From Hyphomicrobiales bacterium (GTDB lineage Bacteria > Pseudomonadota > Alphaproteobacteria > Rhizobiales > OSC116), in NCBI GenBank assembly GCA_002401855.1, contig NVUH01000015.1:10231-74230 (forward strand): 64,000 nt of DNA, given 5' to 3'. Of the stretch, positions 49,272 to 60,188 are shown piece by piece. Numbering within the stretch: the first letter of the stretch is position 1; every line of letters begins with the position of its first letter. The notes below the pieces were generated by a model that saw only the letters and a program-made list of their open reading frames with translations, did no database searches and was not told the DNA's origin. Both the position numbers and the translations under genes were made by a program.

Positions 49272-50900
49272 TCATGAGTTTTCACTGAGAATCATGTTAG
49301 CAGCTTTTTCTGCAATCATTGTGATTGGTGCATGTGTGTTGCCAGAAACGATGGTTGGCATAATAGAGCCATCGACAACCCTTAAGCCTGATATACCGTG
49401 TACTTTTAAACGATCATTTACAACAGCCATATCATCACTGCCCATTTTTACAGTGCCGACAGGGTGAAATATGGTTGTAGCGATATCACCTGCAGCTTTT
49501 GCTAAGTCGAGATCACTGAGAATTTCTTTTCCTGGTTTAATTTCTCGAGGAGAAAATTGTTGCATTTTTTGAGTTGCCATTAGTTTTCTCGCATGGCGAA
49601 TGCTATCAGCAGCTACTTGTTTATCATTTTCTGTCGACAAATAATTGGGACTAATTGCAGGAGAGGTGCGGTAATCATTCTCTGTAATGTGGCAACTACC
49701 ACGGCTTTCGGGTCGTAAGTTGCAAACAGAAACCGTTATGGCGGGGAATGAGTGTAGTGGCTCGCCAAATTTTTCTAATGAAAGTGGCTGTGCGTGATAC
49801 TCAATATTAGCTGTTTCAAATTCAGGCGATGATTTTGTAAAAATTCCTAGCTGGCTGGGTGCCATAGCCATCGGGCCTGAGCGGCTAAATAAATATTTGG
49901 CCGCAATAGACATTTTACCAAACCAACTGGCTTGCATATCATTTAAAGTTTGAGCACCAGTTATTTTGAAAATAGTTCGAATTTGCAAATGATCTTGTAG
50001 ATTTTCTCCAACACCTTTTAGCTCATGGACTACATCAATACCGCAGCTTTTTAATAAAGTTGCAGAACCAATACCTGAAAGTTGTAAAATTTGTGGTGAG
50101 CCGATAGCACCTGCGGATAAAACAACCTCTTTATTTGCCTTAGCAAATGCAGCTTTACCTTTTACCACCAATTCAACACCAACAACTCTTAAGCCTTTGA
50201 AGATTAAACATTTCACTTGAGCATGTGTGAGTACACGCAAATTAGGCCTATTTTTAGCGGGTTTGATAAATGCTTTTCTTGAATTCCAGCGGATACCGTT
50301 ATTCTGGTTCACGGAGAAATATCCAGAACCCTCGTTATCACCACAGTTAAAATCATCTATTTTCGCAATATCAATTTCTTCTGCGGCATCACGAATGGCA
50401 TCCAATATAGGCCAAGAAAGCCTTTGCTTTTGAACAAATAACTCGCCTTTGTCACTATGAAACTCGTCATTTTTTTCATAATGGCGCTCTGATTTTTTAA
50501 AATATGGCAGAACATCATTCCATGCCCATCCTTGGTTGCCAAAATCAGCCCATTTATCATAATCCTGAGACTGGCCGCGCATATATATCATGCCATTTAT
50601 AGACGATGAACCGCCCAAGACCCGCCCACGAGGATAATTGAGGGAACGACCATTTAAACCTTCTTCATTTTGGGTTTGATAGCACCAGTCAGTTTTTGGA
50701 TTGCCCATGCAATATAGATAACCTACAGGAATATGAATCCAAAGCTTGTTATCGCTACCGCCAGCTTCCAACAAAAGTACCTTATTTTTTGGGTTTTCAC
50801 TCAGCCTGTTGGCAAGTACGCAACCTGCAGAACCAGCCCCCACAATTATATAATCATAATTGCCGAAATCTTGTTTAATTCCATCAGTCATTTTGTTCAA
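49272..50900 (-). CDS. GMC-family FAD oxidoreductase (choline dehydrogenase-like)
   Basis: [37 protein letters not shown]. Confidence 0.92.
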   Translation of the reverse strand: MNKMTDGIKQDFGNYDYIIVGAGSAGCVLANRLSENPKNKVLLLEAGGSDNKLWIHIPVGYLYCMGNPKTDWCYQTQNEEGLNGRSLNYPRGRVLGGSSSINGMIYMRGQSQDYDKWADFGNQGWAWNDVLPYFKKSERHYEKNDEFHSDKGELFVQKQRLSWPILDAIRDAAEEIDIAKIDDFNCGDNEGSGYFSVNQNNGIRWNSRKAFIKPAKNRPNLRVLTHAQVKCLIFKGLRVVGVELVVKGKAAFAKANKEVVLSAGAIGSPQILQLSGIGSATLLKSCGIDVVHELKGVGENLQDHLQIRTIFKITGAQTLNDMQASWFGKMSIAAKYLFSRSGPMAMAPSQLGIFTKSSPEFETANIEYHAQPLSLEKFGEPLHSFPAITVSVCNLRPESRGSCHITENDYRTSPAISPNYLSTENDKQVAADSIRHARKLMATQKMQQFSPREIKPGKEILSDLDLAKAAGDIATTIFHPVGTVKMGSDDMAVVNDRLKVHGISGLRVVDGSIMPTIVSGNTHAPITMIAEKAANMILSENS

Positions 50901-50937
50901 TTTTCTTTCTTGGAATAAATATCAATTTTATATGTTG

Positions 50938-52302
50938 TTAGCCATAAGCAATTGAAGGTAGCCACGTAACGATTTTGGGGAAATAATAAATCAAAGCTAA
51001 ACCAACTAATTGCAGCATAATAAAAGGCAAAACACCTCTGTATATATGCGATACTTTTATCTCTGGCGGACAAACTCCTTTTATATAAAATAGTGCAAAC
51101 CCAACAGGCGGCGTTAAAAAAGAAGTTTGCAAGCAAACCGCAAATAAGATTGTAAACCACACCACATCAAACCCTAAGCTTTGAACAACGGGTGCTACAA
51201 GTGGTAAAATAATCAAAGTGATTTCTACCCAGTCTAAGAAGAACCCAAGCAAAAAAACCACGAATAAAATGGTCAGTAAAATACCATCAGGCCCAAATGG
51301 CAGCCCAATTAGTGCGTTTTTAATAACTTCATCGCCGCCAAGCCCGCGTAACACGACAGAAAATGCCGTTGCTCCCACAAAAATTGCAAAAATAAACGAC
51401 GCTGTTTTGGTGGTCGCTATCACTGTATCTTGCATGACTTTGAAGCTTAAGCGCCCGTTTATAGCGGCCAGTATAATCGCACCAGCGGCACCAACGCCAG
51501 AAGCTTCGGTTGGGGTGGCTATACCTGCAAAAATGGAGCCGAGCACCATTAGAATTAACCCTAAAGTCGGGATAACAGCCTTGAATATTTCCCAAAACAA
51601 TGCGGCATCTACTTTAACATGATCTTTTGATGCTGGTGCCACACTTGGTTTTATCGCGGCTAATACAAGAACATAAGTGACATACATTGCGCCAAGCATT
51701 AACCCCGGAAACAAAGCACCCATAAATAAATCGCCAACAGATGCATCTGGTGTTGCCAATCTATCTGCCATTAAGACCAACATGATTGAAGGCGGTATTA
51801 ATATCCCCAATGTACCCGTCGCGCAGGCGGTTCCAACGGCCAATTCTTTAGAATAATTATTTTTCATCATTACCGGGATAGACAATACGCCAAGTAGTAC
51901 GACTGATGCGCCAATAATACCTGTTGTAGCTGCCAACAGCATCCCAATTACAATAACTGTAACAGCATGCCCGCCTCTTATACCGCCAAACAATTTAACA
52001 ATATTGGACATTAGTTTTTCGGCGATGCCAGATTGATCTAACATTATGCCCATAAAGATAAACATAGGCAAAGCGACTAGGGTGTCGCTACCGACTAAGT
52101 CCCATATTCGTTCAGGAATAAGCCCAAGTGAGCTTCCCCAATCGAACCATAAGTCCACACCAAAATAATCAACAGAGATAATGCCAATCACAGTCCAAAT
52201 AACGGATGTACCAGCCAGCACCCAAGCAACAGGGAAACCAGTAAAAAGCAGCATTCCAAATGTTAGGAAAATGCCAATTACAAAAATTACGGAAATATCC
52301 AT
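50938..52302 (-). CDS. dctM: TRAP transporter large permease
   Basis: GTLGILIPPS, ATPTEA, SFLTPPVG. Confidence 0.92.
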   Translation of the reverse strand: MDISVIFVIGIFLTFGMLLFTGFPVAWVLAGTSVIWTVIGIISVDYFGVDLWFDWGSSLGLIPERIWDLVGSDTLVALPMFIFMGIMLDQSGIAEKLMSNIVKLFGGIRGGHAVTVIVIGMLLAATTGIIGASVVLLGVLSIPVMMKNNYSKELAVGTACATGTLGILIPPSIMLVLMADRLATPDASVGDLFMGALFPGLMLGAMYVTYVLVLAAIKPSVAPASKDHVKVDAALFWEIFKAVIPTLGLILMVLGSIFAGIATPTEASGVGAAGAIILAAINGRLSFKVMQDTVIATTKTASFIFAIFVGATAFSVVLRGLGGDEVIKNALIGLPFGPDGILLTILFVVFLLGFFLDWVEITLIILPLVAPVVQSLGFDVVWFTILFAVCLQTSFLTPPVGFALFYIKGVCPPEIKVSHIYRGVLPFIMLQLVGLALIYYFPKIVTWLPSIAYG

Positions 52303-52304
52303 TT

Positions 52305-52919
52305 TTATATACTCTTATTTACATTATTATTTTTATTTGGTTTTTTTGAGAACAACAAAACAGACACTCTAATCAGTCTTGCGCTAGCGGCCATAATTAA
52401 TAACACCATAGAGAATGGCAAAACAGATTTTAAAATCCACCTAAATGGCAAGCCGTTAGGTGATTGTGAGGTTTCGTTTTGTGAGAGTGAGGACATTGCA
52501 TATGGCACCATTTCCCATAATGAAATCAGTAGAAACGGTAACAATAAAAGCAGAATTCCAAATAATTCCACTTTAGCTTGCGATCTAATGGATAGATTTT
52601 CATGAATAATATCAACTCTGACATGATCATCATGAACAATCGTATATGACAAACCAACGAGCCAAGCCGCGCCAACTAAATGCCACTGTATTTCTTCTAG
52701 CATGACCGTTCCCAGCCCAAAGACATATCTAGCAGCAACAGTGCATATTATGACTCCGACGGCAACTAGCCAAAGCCATGAACAAACATAACCAATTTTA
52801 TCAATTATGTTTTCTAAAAAATCTGAAATCGCCGTACGAGGTAACTCAGTATGATGATTTAGATCGTGATCTAATTCTGTCAATCCTAGTTGTGCAGGAT
52901 CAAGAACTGTTTTGGGCAT
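52305..52919 (-). CDS. dctQ: TRAP transporter small permease
   Basis: EIQWHL, HVRVDI, S.SP.GLP.RW. Confidence 0.9.
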   Translation of the reverse strand: MPKTVLDPAQLGLTELDHDLNHHTELPRTAISDFLENIIDKIGYVCSWLWLVAVGVIICTVAARYVFGLGTVMLEEIQWHLVGAAWLVGLSYTIVHDDHVRVDIIHENLSIRSQAKVELFGILLLLLPFLLISLWEMVPYAMSSLSQNETSQSPNGLPFRWILKSVLPFSMVLLIMAASARLIRVSVLLFSKKPNKNNNVNKSI

Positions 52920-52970
52920 AAACCCCTCCTGAAGATTATCTCATACGGTGATTAAGTGAGTTAATTTTAA

Positions 52971-54038
52971 TTATTTCATTAACTTGGTCGGTAGATATGC
53001 CCGCTCATCCCATAAAACATAAGATTTTAGGAATGCTTTTTGTGAGTCATGAACACGTTTGAAATCAGCATCAGAAGCAGATTCTTCGGCCAATACTTCT
53101 TCGGTGATGGTTTTAAGCTTGAAAAGAATGTCTTCCGGAATTTGGGCAACATTAATGCCTTCTTCAATTAACTCAGCCAAAACAGCACCATTTTTATATT
53201 CGCCTTCAGCCAAGCCCATTAACACACCAGCCGTACAACTTGATACCACAAGAGCTTTTTGTTGTTCTGTTGCGGCTTTCCACTGATCGCCATTAATCAG
53301 CATATATTGTGCCGTAAATGGTTGATGCCACCCAGGGAATAGATTGTTTTTGACAATTTGATTAAAGCCTAGAATTTTATCAATAGCTGGCATGGAAAAT
53401 TCGGTCGCATCAATTGTACCTTTTTCTAATGCTTGGAACAAATCACCACCAGGCATCATGGTAACAGAAGCGCCTAGCTTTTGAAGAACTTTACCGCCAA
53501 GGCCCGCGAAGCGAATTTTTAAGCCTTTATAGTCTTCTAGTGTTTTAATTGGTTTTTTATACCAACCAGCGGTTTCTGGGCCAATAAGACCACATAGTTG
53601 CGCATGAATGTTAAAGCCTTTATTCTTATAGACTTCTTGCAACATTTCATCGCCACCACCATAGTAATACCAACCTGCAAATGCGGCGGGTTTTAGCCCA
53701 AAAGGTACGGCTGCAAATAATGGAACGGCAGGAACTTTACCTTGGTCATAACCAATCCAAGTGTAGCCAGCACCAACTTTACCATCTGATACGGCTTGTA
53801 AAATTTCAAAAGGTGGTACCAATGTTTTGGGCTCATAAATTTTTATTTTTATTGAACCACCGCTAGATACATTTAATTTATCTGCGACCCAAGCGGCTGG
53901 AGAACCAAGCCCTGGCAATTTGGTTGAAAATGCAACAGGCATCTTCCAACGTATATCTTCTGCTTGTGTTGGTGCAGACATAGCAAAACTAGCGGAAACA
54001 ATAGTCGCCGACAGAATTAGATTTTTGAATAGTTTCAT
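52971..54038 (-). CDS. dctP: TRAP substrate-binding protein (TakP-like)
   Basis: Signal peptide, VPFG, GWY.KPI, GLKIR, ALEKGTIDATEF, PGWHQP; start placed at ATG 54038. Confidence 0.9.
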   Translation of the reverse strand: MKLFKNLILSATIVSASFAMSAPTQAEDIRWKMPVAFSTKLPGLGSPAAWVADKLNVSSGGSIKIKIYEPKTLVPPFEILQAVSDGKVGAGYTWIGYDQGKVPAVPLFAAVPFGLKPAAFAGWYYYGGGDEMLQEVYKNKGFNIHAQLCGLIGPETAGWYKKPIKTLEDYKGLKIRFAGLGGKVLQKLGASVTMMPGGDLFQALEKGTIDATEFSMPAIDKILGFNQIVKNNLFPGWHQPFTAQYMLINGDQWKAATEQQKALVVSSCTAGVLMGLAEGEYKNGAVLAELIEEGINVAQIPEDILFKLKTITEEVLAEESASDADFKRVHDSQKAFLKSYVLWDERAYLPTKLMK

Positions 54039-54347
54039 TATTATACTCCCTTTATAAATCAAAACCGTTCGATTGTTATTAAATGAAAAAACCACTTTTT
54101 AAATTTGCGAAAGCAACTGCCCAAACATATTGGCAACAAAAGCCAACTGACAATAAAGGGCATAATTTTATATGGCACAGCCATGTGTGCAAATACCTCC
54201 CTTGTCAATTTTCGCTCAAATAAGTGATTATTTTTTACTTTTTTTATCGAACAATTTGATCGTATTCGAATATTATAATCGATAAAATGATTGTTTTTGC
54301 AGTTGGTTGTGCTATTTTGCACACTAAAATTGTTGAAATGGGGTTGT

Positions 54348-55262
54348 ATGAATATTGATAAGTTGAATTGGAATGATTTGCGTTATTTTTTAGAAGTCTC
54401 TAGAAAAGGTCGTTTATTATCAGCTTCTAAAGCTTTAGGGGTTAATCATACAACCGTTGCAAGGCGCATTAATGCACTCGAAGAATCATTGCAAATCAAG
54501 CTATTTGAGCAAGATGAGTATGGTTTTCACTTAACCACCATGGCTGAAAAAATACTGCCTTTGGCGCAACAGATTGAAGATTTGACTGAACTAACCAAAG
54601 AACGTGTGCAGCTTTCTGGTCAAACTTTATCTGGCAACTTGCGCATTGGTGCACCTGATGGGTTTGGCAATTCTTTTTTTGCAGATAAAATTTGCCAATT
54701 TACAAAAAACAATCCTGACATTATAATTAAATTAGTAGCTGTTCCTTCGAATCACGATCTTATAAAACGAGAAGTTGATTTAACCATATCGTTAGAACCA
54801 ATCATTCGAAAAGATTTATTATGCAAAAAACTAACAGATTATAGGCTGTTTCTTTACACTTCAAAGAAATATATAGAAAATAATAATGTAGATTTAGAGA
54901 GTTTAGCCGATATTGAAAAACAGCCTTTTACGAGCTATATATCTGATTTACTATATACTGAACAACTGAATTTTAATCATCTAATATCAAAAAAATTGAA
55001 TAATTGTTTTCAGGCCTCTACAATTATGTCTCAATATCAATTTATTCTTAGTGGTGGTGGATTTGGTGTATTGCCTTTTTATATGGCCAATAATGACGAG
55101 CAATTTATCAAAGTTTTGCCAAATAAATTTTCATTTATAAGAACTTATTGGCTAGTCATACCCGTCGAATTGAACCGCTTGGCCAGCGTTCGTGGTGTTG
55201 AAAAATTGATCAATCAATTAATGGTGGAATATAAAAATCTATTTCTTCCAAATACAAAATAA
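54348..55262 (+). CDS. LysR-family regulator
   Basis: WNDLRYFL, NHTTVARRI..LE, LRIGAPDGFG; divergent from the TRAP operon. Confidence 0.92.
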   Translation: MNIDKLNWNDLRYFLEVSRKGRLLSASKALGVNHTTVARRINALEESLQIKLFEQDEYGFHLTTMAEKILPLAQQIEDLTELTKERVQLSGQTLSGNLRIGAPDGFGNSFFADKICQFTKNNPDIIIKLVAVPSNHDLIKREVDLTISLEPIIRKDLLCKKLTDYRLFLYTSKKYIENNNVDLESLADIEKQPFTSYISDLLYTEQLNFNHLISKKLNNCFQASTIMSQYQFILSGGGFGVLPFYMANNDEQFIKVLPNKFSFIRTYWLVIPVELNRLASVRGVEKLINQLMVEYKNLFLPNTK

Positions 55263-55404
55263 ATTAATTTCGATACGAAGTGTGAAGTAACAGCTGACTT
55301 TATTTTGCTGCTGTGTTGTGTGTCTCTGTTCACCTAAAAAATGCATATAGCTTAAAGCAATATACATAACACCAGATTCAAACAAATGCTCGGAGCATAA
55401 ATAA

Positions 55405-56541
55405 TTACAGGAAACTTGAAGGAAATAAAATTCTTCCATCCATAATGCGGCGTTGAGTGCGAAAAGTAGTGACCGAACGGGCGAATGGGCCAGTTTCATT
55501 CATTTCAACGTCTGCCTGTACCGACAACACGCCCGAAGGATTACCTATACGCACGTCTGAGGCGCTCGTTACAAGATCATTAACTAATGTACCCTTAATT
55601 CTTGCAGCAACTGCCAAACACATTGCGCCTGTAAGTGTAATCGCTCGATGAAAATTACCCATAGAGACAAGCCTAACCGAAAGATCAAACTCATCCTTAT
55701 CATAAGCCGTTCCCCCCAATGCATCAAAACTTTGTGATGGTGATATTATCGCAATTTTGGGGTTGGATAAAATAGCTTCTTCAGTTGTAGCAGACATGCC
55801 CATTGCAACAGAAGCAGAGCGGCGAATAATTTCTAACCGCTCCATAAGCGCTGTATCACGATCTAGTTCAGCTGGTGTTTCAATGCCCTTAATGCCGACA
55901 TCTTGTGCCCGAACAAACACTATTGGATTAGAAGCGTCAACCAATGACACTTTAATCACACCCATACCATCTATCTGTAATTTATCATACACCTTGCCTG
56001 ATGGTAAAAGCTGTCCCGTTACCGCTCCGCCAGGGTTAATAAAATCAAGGCTAATCTTTGCTCCGCTGCCTGATACACCAGGAATTGAGAAATCACCTTG
56101 CTCTACGGCCGCGCCATCCACAACCTCAAAGTTTGCATGAAAAATTTTGTTTGTATTGGTATTATATACTCTGACTGTCGACATTCCATCTTTAGCCACA
56201 ACCATACCCTCATCTATCGCAAATGGCCCCACCGCAGAAGACATATTACCGCACATACCACCATAATCGGCCACAGGCTCATCAACCGATATCTGTATAA
56301 AGGTGTAATCAACATCCGCATCATCACGCGATGAAGGCTCTACAATCACAATTTTTGATAATGATGACAAGCCACCACCCATGCCATTAAGCTGTCGTCC
56401 ATAAACATCAGGACTGCCCATCGCATATAAAAATATACGGTCACGTATTTTTTTATCTTTCGGTAAGTCAGCTGCATTGAATAAAATGGCTTTTGATGTT
56501 CCACCACGGTAAAAAGCTGCTCTAATTCCGATATTAGTCAT
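55405..56541 (-). CDS. prpF: PrpF-family (methyl)aconitate isomerase
   Basis: RGGTSK, GMGGG.SSLSK, CGNMSSAVGPFA, NPSG. Confidence 0.88.
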   Translation of the reverse strand: MTNIGIRAAFYRGGTSKAILFNAADLPKDKKIRDRIFLYAMGSPDVYGRQLNGMGGGLSSLSKIVIVEPSSRDDADVDYTFIQISVDEPVADYGGMCGNMSSAVGPFAIDEGMVVAKDGMSTVRVYNTNTNKIFHANFEVVDGAAVEQGDFSIPGVSGSGAKISLDFINPGGAVTGQLLPSGKVYDKLQIDGMGVIKVSLVDASNPIVFVRAQDVGIKGIETPAELDRDTALMERLEIIRRSASVAMGMSATTEEAILSNPKIAIISPSQSFDALGGTAYDKDEFDLSVRLVSMGNFHRAITLTGAMCLAVAARIKGTLVNDLVTSASDVRIGNPSGVLSVQADVEMNETGPFARSVTTFRTQRRIMDGRILFPSSFL

Positions 56542-59128
56542 TATTTACTTCTTTCATGATAGTGCGGAATGACCGAGGTAAAAGCCCGCCATGGTCAAAA
56601 GTTTCTCGCTCAGCATCATTATAAAGCCGAAGATCCAATGCAACAGTTTTCGATAAGCCATCTTGATAATGAATAACCATTTCCGCTTTTTTTAGATCAT
56701 CTGACAATTCAACATCATATGTTTCACTGCCATTAAGCTTTAAGCTATGACGAGTAACACCCGCTAAAAAACATAGTGGCGCTATACCCATATTAATCAA
56801 ATTAGACCTATGAATTCGCTCGAAGCTTTCAGCCACGACAGCTTTAACCCCAGCAAGCCAAGGTGCTTTTGCAGCTGTATCTCGAGATGAACCGCAACCA
56901 TATTCTTTACCAGCAATGATAACAAGCATTTGCCCACGTTGTTGATAGTAACTAATGGCTTCAAAAATAGACACTTCAATACCATCAGGATAAGTTTTTG
57001 TCCACGATCCTTCTTTATCTGGCGTCATTTCATTCTTCAAGCGATAATTGGCAAAGGTAGAACGGATAACCACCTCGGAACACCCTCTTCTTGTTCCAAA
57101 TGTATTAAAATCTCTTGGTTCAATATTTTGCTCAAGTAAAAATTTACCAGCCTCAGAATCAGGCGTTATCATACCAGAAGGCGAAATATGATCCGTCGTA
57201 ATACTATCCCCCAACATTACCAATGGCCGAAGGGCTTTGAACGACCTTATTTTTGGATTCTCTATGCTAATATCTTTAACAAATGGCGGGAATGTTACAT
57301 AATTTGAAGGCGACCATTGATAACGTTCCTCTTTAACGGTCAACTCATTCCAATGTTGATTAACCTGACCAATAGCCTTGTAATTAGCAATAAAATCATC
57401 CGCTAAAACATATTCATTTATGATAGAATCAACCTCATCCGCCTTTGGCCAAATATCAGTCAACATCACAGGGCTACCATCTAGCTTCAGCCCCAAAGGC
57501 TCAGTTGTAATATCTTTTAAAATTGTCCCCATCAACGCATATGCGATTACTAATGGCGGAGAGGCCAATATATTTCTGGATGCCAAAGGGTGTATCCGAC
57601 CCGAAAAATTTCGATTCCCAGATAACACCGCAACACCTTTGATATCATGGTCTTTAATGGTTTGCTCATAATCAGATTGCAATGCTCCTGACATGCCGCC
57701 ACATGTCCCACATGAAAAAGCTGCAACGTTAAACCCTAATTCATCCAAATATTTTTGCAAACCACTCTGTTTAAGATAATGAGCAGTAACTCTTGAACCA
57801 GGTAATAATGATGTTTTAACAAACGGCTTTACATTAAGACCATTAATAACCGCATTTTTGGCTAATAAACCTGCAATAACCATATTGCGAGGGTTAGCCG
57901 TATTTGTGCAACTGGTTACTGACGCAATAATAACATCACCATCGCCAATATCACCACCGACCCCGTTTACAGCAACACGCCTTGCCGTTTTCTTTTCTTC
58001 AGCTAGCGCTAACTTATTGGATACCAAGTTCAAATCTACGCGCTGTTCTGGCCTTACTGGCCCCGATACTGAGCGACCTATTGAACTCAAATCAATAGTA
58101 ACAACTTCATCATATTCAACTTTATTGGCAGTCATATCAACAAACATATTTTGTTGTTTCGCATAAGCCTCAACAAGTTTAATATGCTCACTATCTCGCC
58201 CAGTTTCAGCTAGATAACGAAGCACATTTGCATCAATTGGGCAAAAAACACAGGTCGATCCATATTCAGGCGACATATTGGCAATCGTTGCGCGATCAGC
58301 AACACCAAGTTTAGAATAACCCGAACCAAACATTTCAACAAATTTATCAACAACCCCATGAGCGCGAAGCTTTTCAGTCACCACAAATGCAATATCCGTT
58401 GTAGTGATGTCATTCGATGGCACACCTATCATTTCTAAACCAACCACTTTGGGCACATTAACCGATGATGCCTCGCCCAACATAATGGCTTCAGCCTCAA
58501 GCCCACCAATGCCCCATCCCAATACTCCAAGGCCGTTTATCATTGTAGTGTGACTGTCTGTACCTAAATTGGTATCAGGTATCAATAGTGATTTATCTTC
58601 GTTAGATATGGTCACAGTTTTACCAAAAAATTCCAAATTAATTTGATGCATAATGCCACCACCCGGTGGCACAACACGCAAATTAGGAAACCGCGCCTCG
58701 CAAGCTTTTATGAATGCAAACCGTTCTAGATTCACTTCAAATTCACGATCAATATTTTTAGTTAGTGCAAATTTTTCTGCCCAATAATTTACGGTCATAG
58801 AATGATCTATCACCAGATCAACTGGCAAACTCATATCTATTAAGCTTGGGTCTCTCCCATGTTCTTCCAGCTTACTACGCATCGCCATCATATCAACCAA
58901 CAAGGCCAAGCCTAACATATCTTGCAGTAAAAGCCTTGCTGGCCTGAAAGGCACGGTCGCGCCATTTCTAGCCGCAACATCATTTGCCGCTATACCATTA
59001 TCTGAATGTCTGGCAGCATTCTCTGCCATCACTCGCAAACTATAGGGCAAACTATGAAGTGATGTTTCAATAAGTGCAGCATAATTTACCGCCTTATACG
59101 AAGTATTTTCAATATCTAGATAAAGCAT
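56534..59128 (-). CDS. Aconitase A / AcnD-family Fe-S hydratase
   Basis: VIDHS, GTDSHT, NMSPEYG, SCTNT, CGTC, SGNRNF, TTDHISP, GSSRD. Confidence 0.92.
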   Translation of the reverse strand: MLYLDIENTSYKAVNYAALIETSLHSLPYSLRVMAENAARHSDNGIAANDVAARNGATVPFRPARLLLQDMLGLALLVDMMAMRSKLEEHGRDPSLIDMSLPVDLVIDHSMTVNYWAEKFALTKNIDREFEVNLERFAFIKACEARFPNLRVVPPGGGIMHQINLEFFGKTVTISNEDKSLLIPDTNLGTDSHTTMINGLGVLGWGIGGLEAEAIMLGEASSVNVPKVVGLEMIGVPSNDITTTDIAFVVTEKLRAHGVVDKFVEMFGSGYSKLGVADRATIANMSPEYGSTCVFCPIDANVLRYLAETGRDSEHIKLVEAYAKQQNMFVDMTANKVEYDEVVTIDLSSIGRSVSGPVRPEQRVDLNLVSNKLALAEEKKTARRVAVNGVGGDIGDGDVIIASVTSCTNTANPRNMVIAGLLAKNAVINGLNVKPFVKTSLLPGSRVTAHYLKQSGLQKYLDELGFNVAAFSCGTCGGMSGALQSDYEQTIKDHDIKGVAVLSGNRNFSGRIHPLASRNILASPPLVIAYALMGTILKDITTEPLGLKLDGSPVMLTDIWPKADEVDSIINEYVLADDFIANYKAIGQVNQHWNELTVKEERYQWSPSNYVTFPPFVKDISIENPKIRSFKALRPLVMLGDSITTDHISPSGMITPDSEAGKFLLEQNIEPRDFNTFGTRRGCSEVVIRSTFANYRLKNEMTPDKEGSWTKTYPDGIEVSIFEAISYYQQRGQMLVIIAGKEYGCGSSRDTAAKAPWLAGVKAVVAESFERIHRSNLINMGIAPLCFLAGVTRHSLKLNGSETYDVELSDDLKKAEMVIHYQDGLSKTVALDLRLYNDAERETFDHGGLLPRSFRTIMKEVNND

Positions 59129-59163
59129 TCAATATCTCTTTATTCATTGATAGGCTCGTAAGA

Positions 59164-60108
59164 CTATTTTTCACCGACATGAGGTAAAACTGTTTTCTTA
59201 ATCCGAGAATCCAATGCTTCGTAATCGAAATAACGGATTGTATCATACAATTCGGCTCTAGTTTGCATATCTGGAAGCGCAGCTTTGGCGGAACCATCTT
59301 GCATTAATGTCTCATAAAAACTTTCAACTGCTTTAGCTGCAATTCGCATTGATGATACAGGCCAAATCACCATATCAACACCAAGCTTAATAAATTCATC
59401 TGAGTTCATTTGCGGGGTGCGCCCAAACTCAGTCATGTTACCAAATATTGGCACGGACAGCGCCTCAGAAAATTTCCGAAAATCTTCTGGTGATGGCAAT
59501 GCTTCAGGAAAAACAATATCCGCACCTGCCTCAACATATAATTTCGCCCGTTCAATTGCAGCATCAATCCCTTCTGAAGCAGCAGCATCGGTTCGAGCAA
59601 TAATCACTAGATGGCTCCGAGCCTGTCTAGCCGCAGCTATTTTGGCAGCCATATCTTCGGGCGTTGCCAGTTTCTTGCCATTAAGATGACCGCATTTTTT
59701 AGGTAAAATTTGGTCTTCTAATTGTATTGCGGCAGCTCCAGCATCTTCCAACTCATGTATGAGCCGCATGACATTGATCGCCTCGCCATATCCTGTATCG
59801 CCATCCACAACCAAAGGCAAACCACTTGCCCGTGTAATCGCTCTTGTTCTATCCACTAACTCACCCATGGTTAGCACACCAAGATCTGGCAAACCCAGAG
59901 AAGCGGTCAGAGCTGCGCCAGACAAATATATTGCCTTAAAACCCGCTTTTCGAGCAAGTAAGGCCGCCATTGGATCATGCGCACCAGCAATCATCAGAAA
60001 ATTACTTTCATATAAACTACGGAACTTGTCGCCCATATTATTTGTGTTTTTTTTCTCCAACCAAAGTGGTTCTGGTTTTTCATTTTCCATAATAATATCC
60101 TTGTTCAT
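59164..60108 (-). CDS. prpB: 2-methylisocitrate lyase
   Basis: YLSGA, D.DTGYG, EDQ..PKKCGH, ARTDA, NMTEFG.TP, MQTR.ELY. Confidence 0.9.
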   Translation of the reverse strand: MNKDIIMENEKPEPLWLEKKNTNNMGDKFRSLYESNFLMIAGAHDPMAALLARKAGFKAIYLSGAALTASLGLPDLGVLTMGELVDRTRAITRASGLPLVVDGDTGYGEAINVMRLIHELEDAGAAAIQLEDQILPKKCGHLNGKKLATPEDMAAKIAAARQARSHLVIIARTDAAASEGIDAAIERAKLYVEAGADIVFPEALPSPEDFRKFSEALSVPIFGNMTEFGRTPQMNSDEFIKLGVDMVIWPVSSMRIAAKAVESFYETLMQDGSAKAALPDMQTRAELYDTIRYFDYEALDSRIKKTVLPHVGEK

Positions 60109-60188
60109 ATTTGTGATTGACTTCAGCTTTTCGGCATATTCACGATGTCAATAATCATCGTGAATATATTGTTTTGGGTGAGATAACG

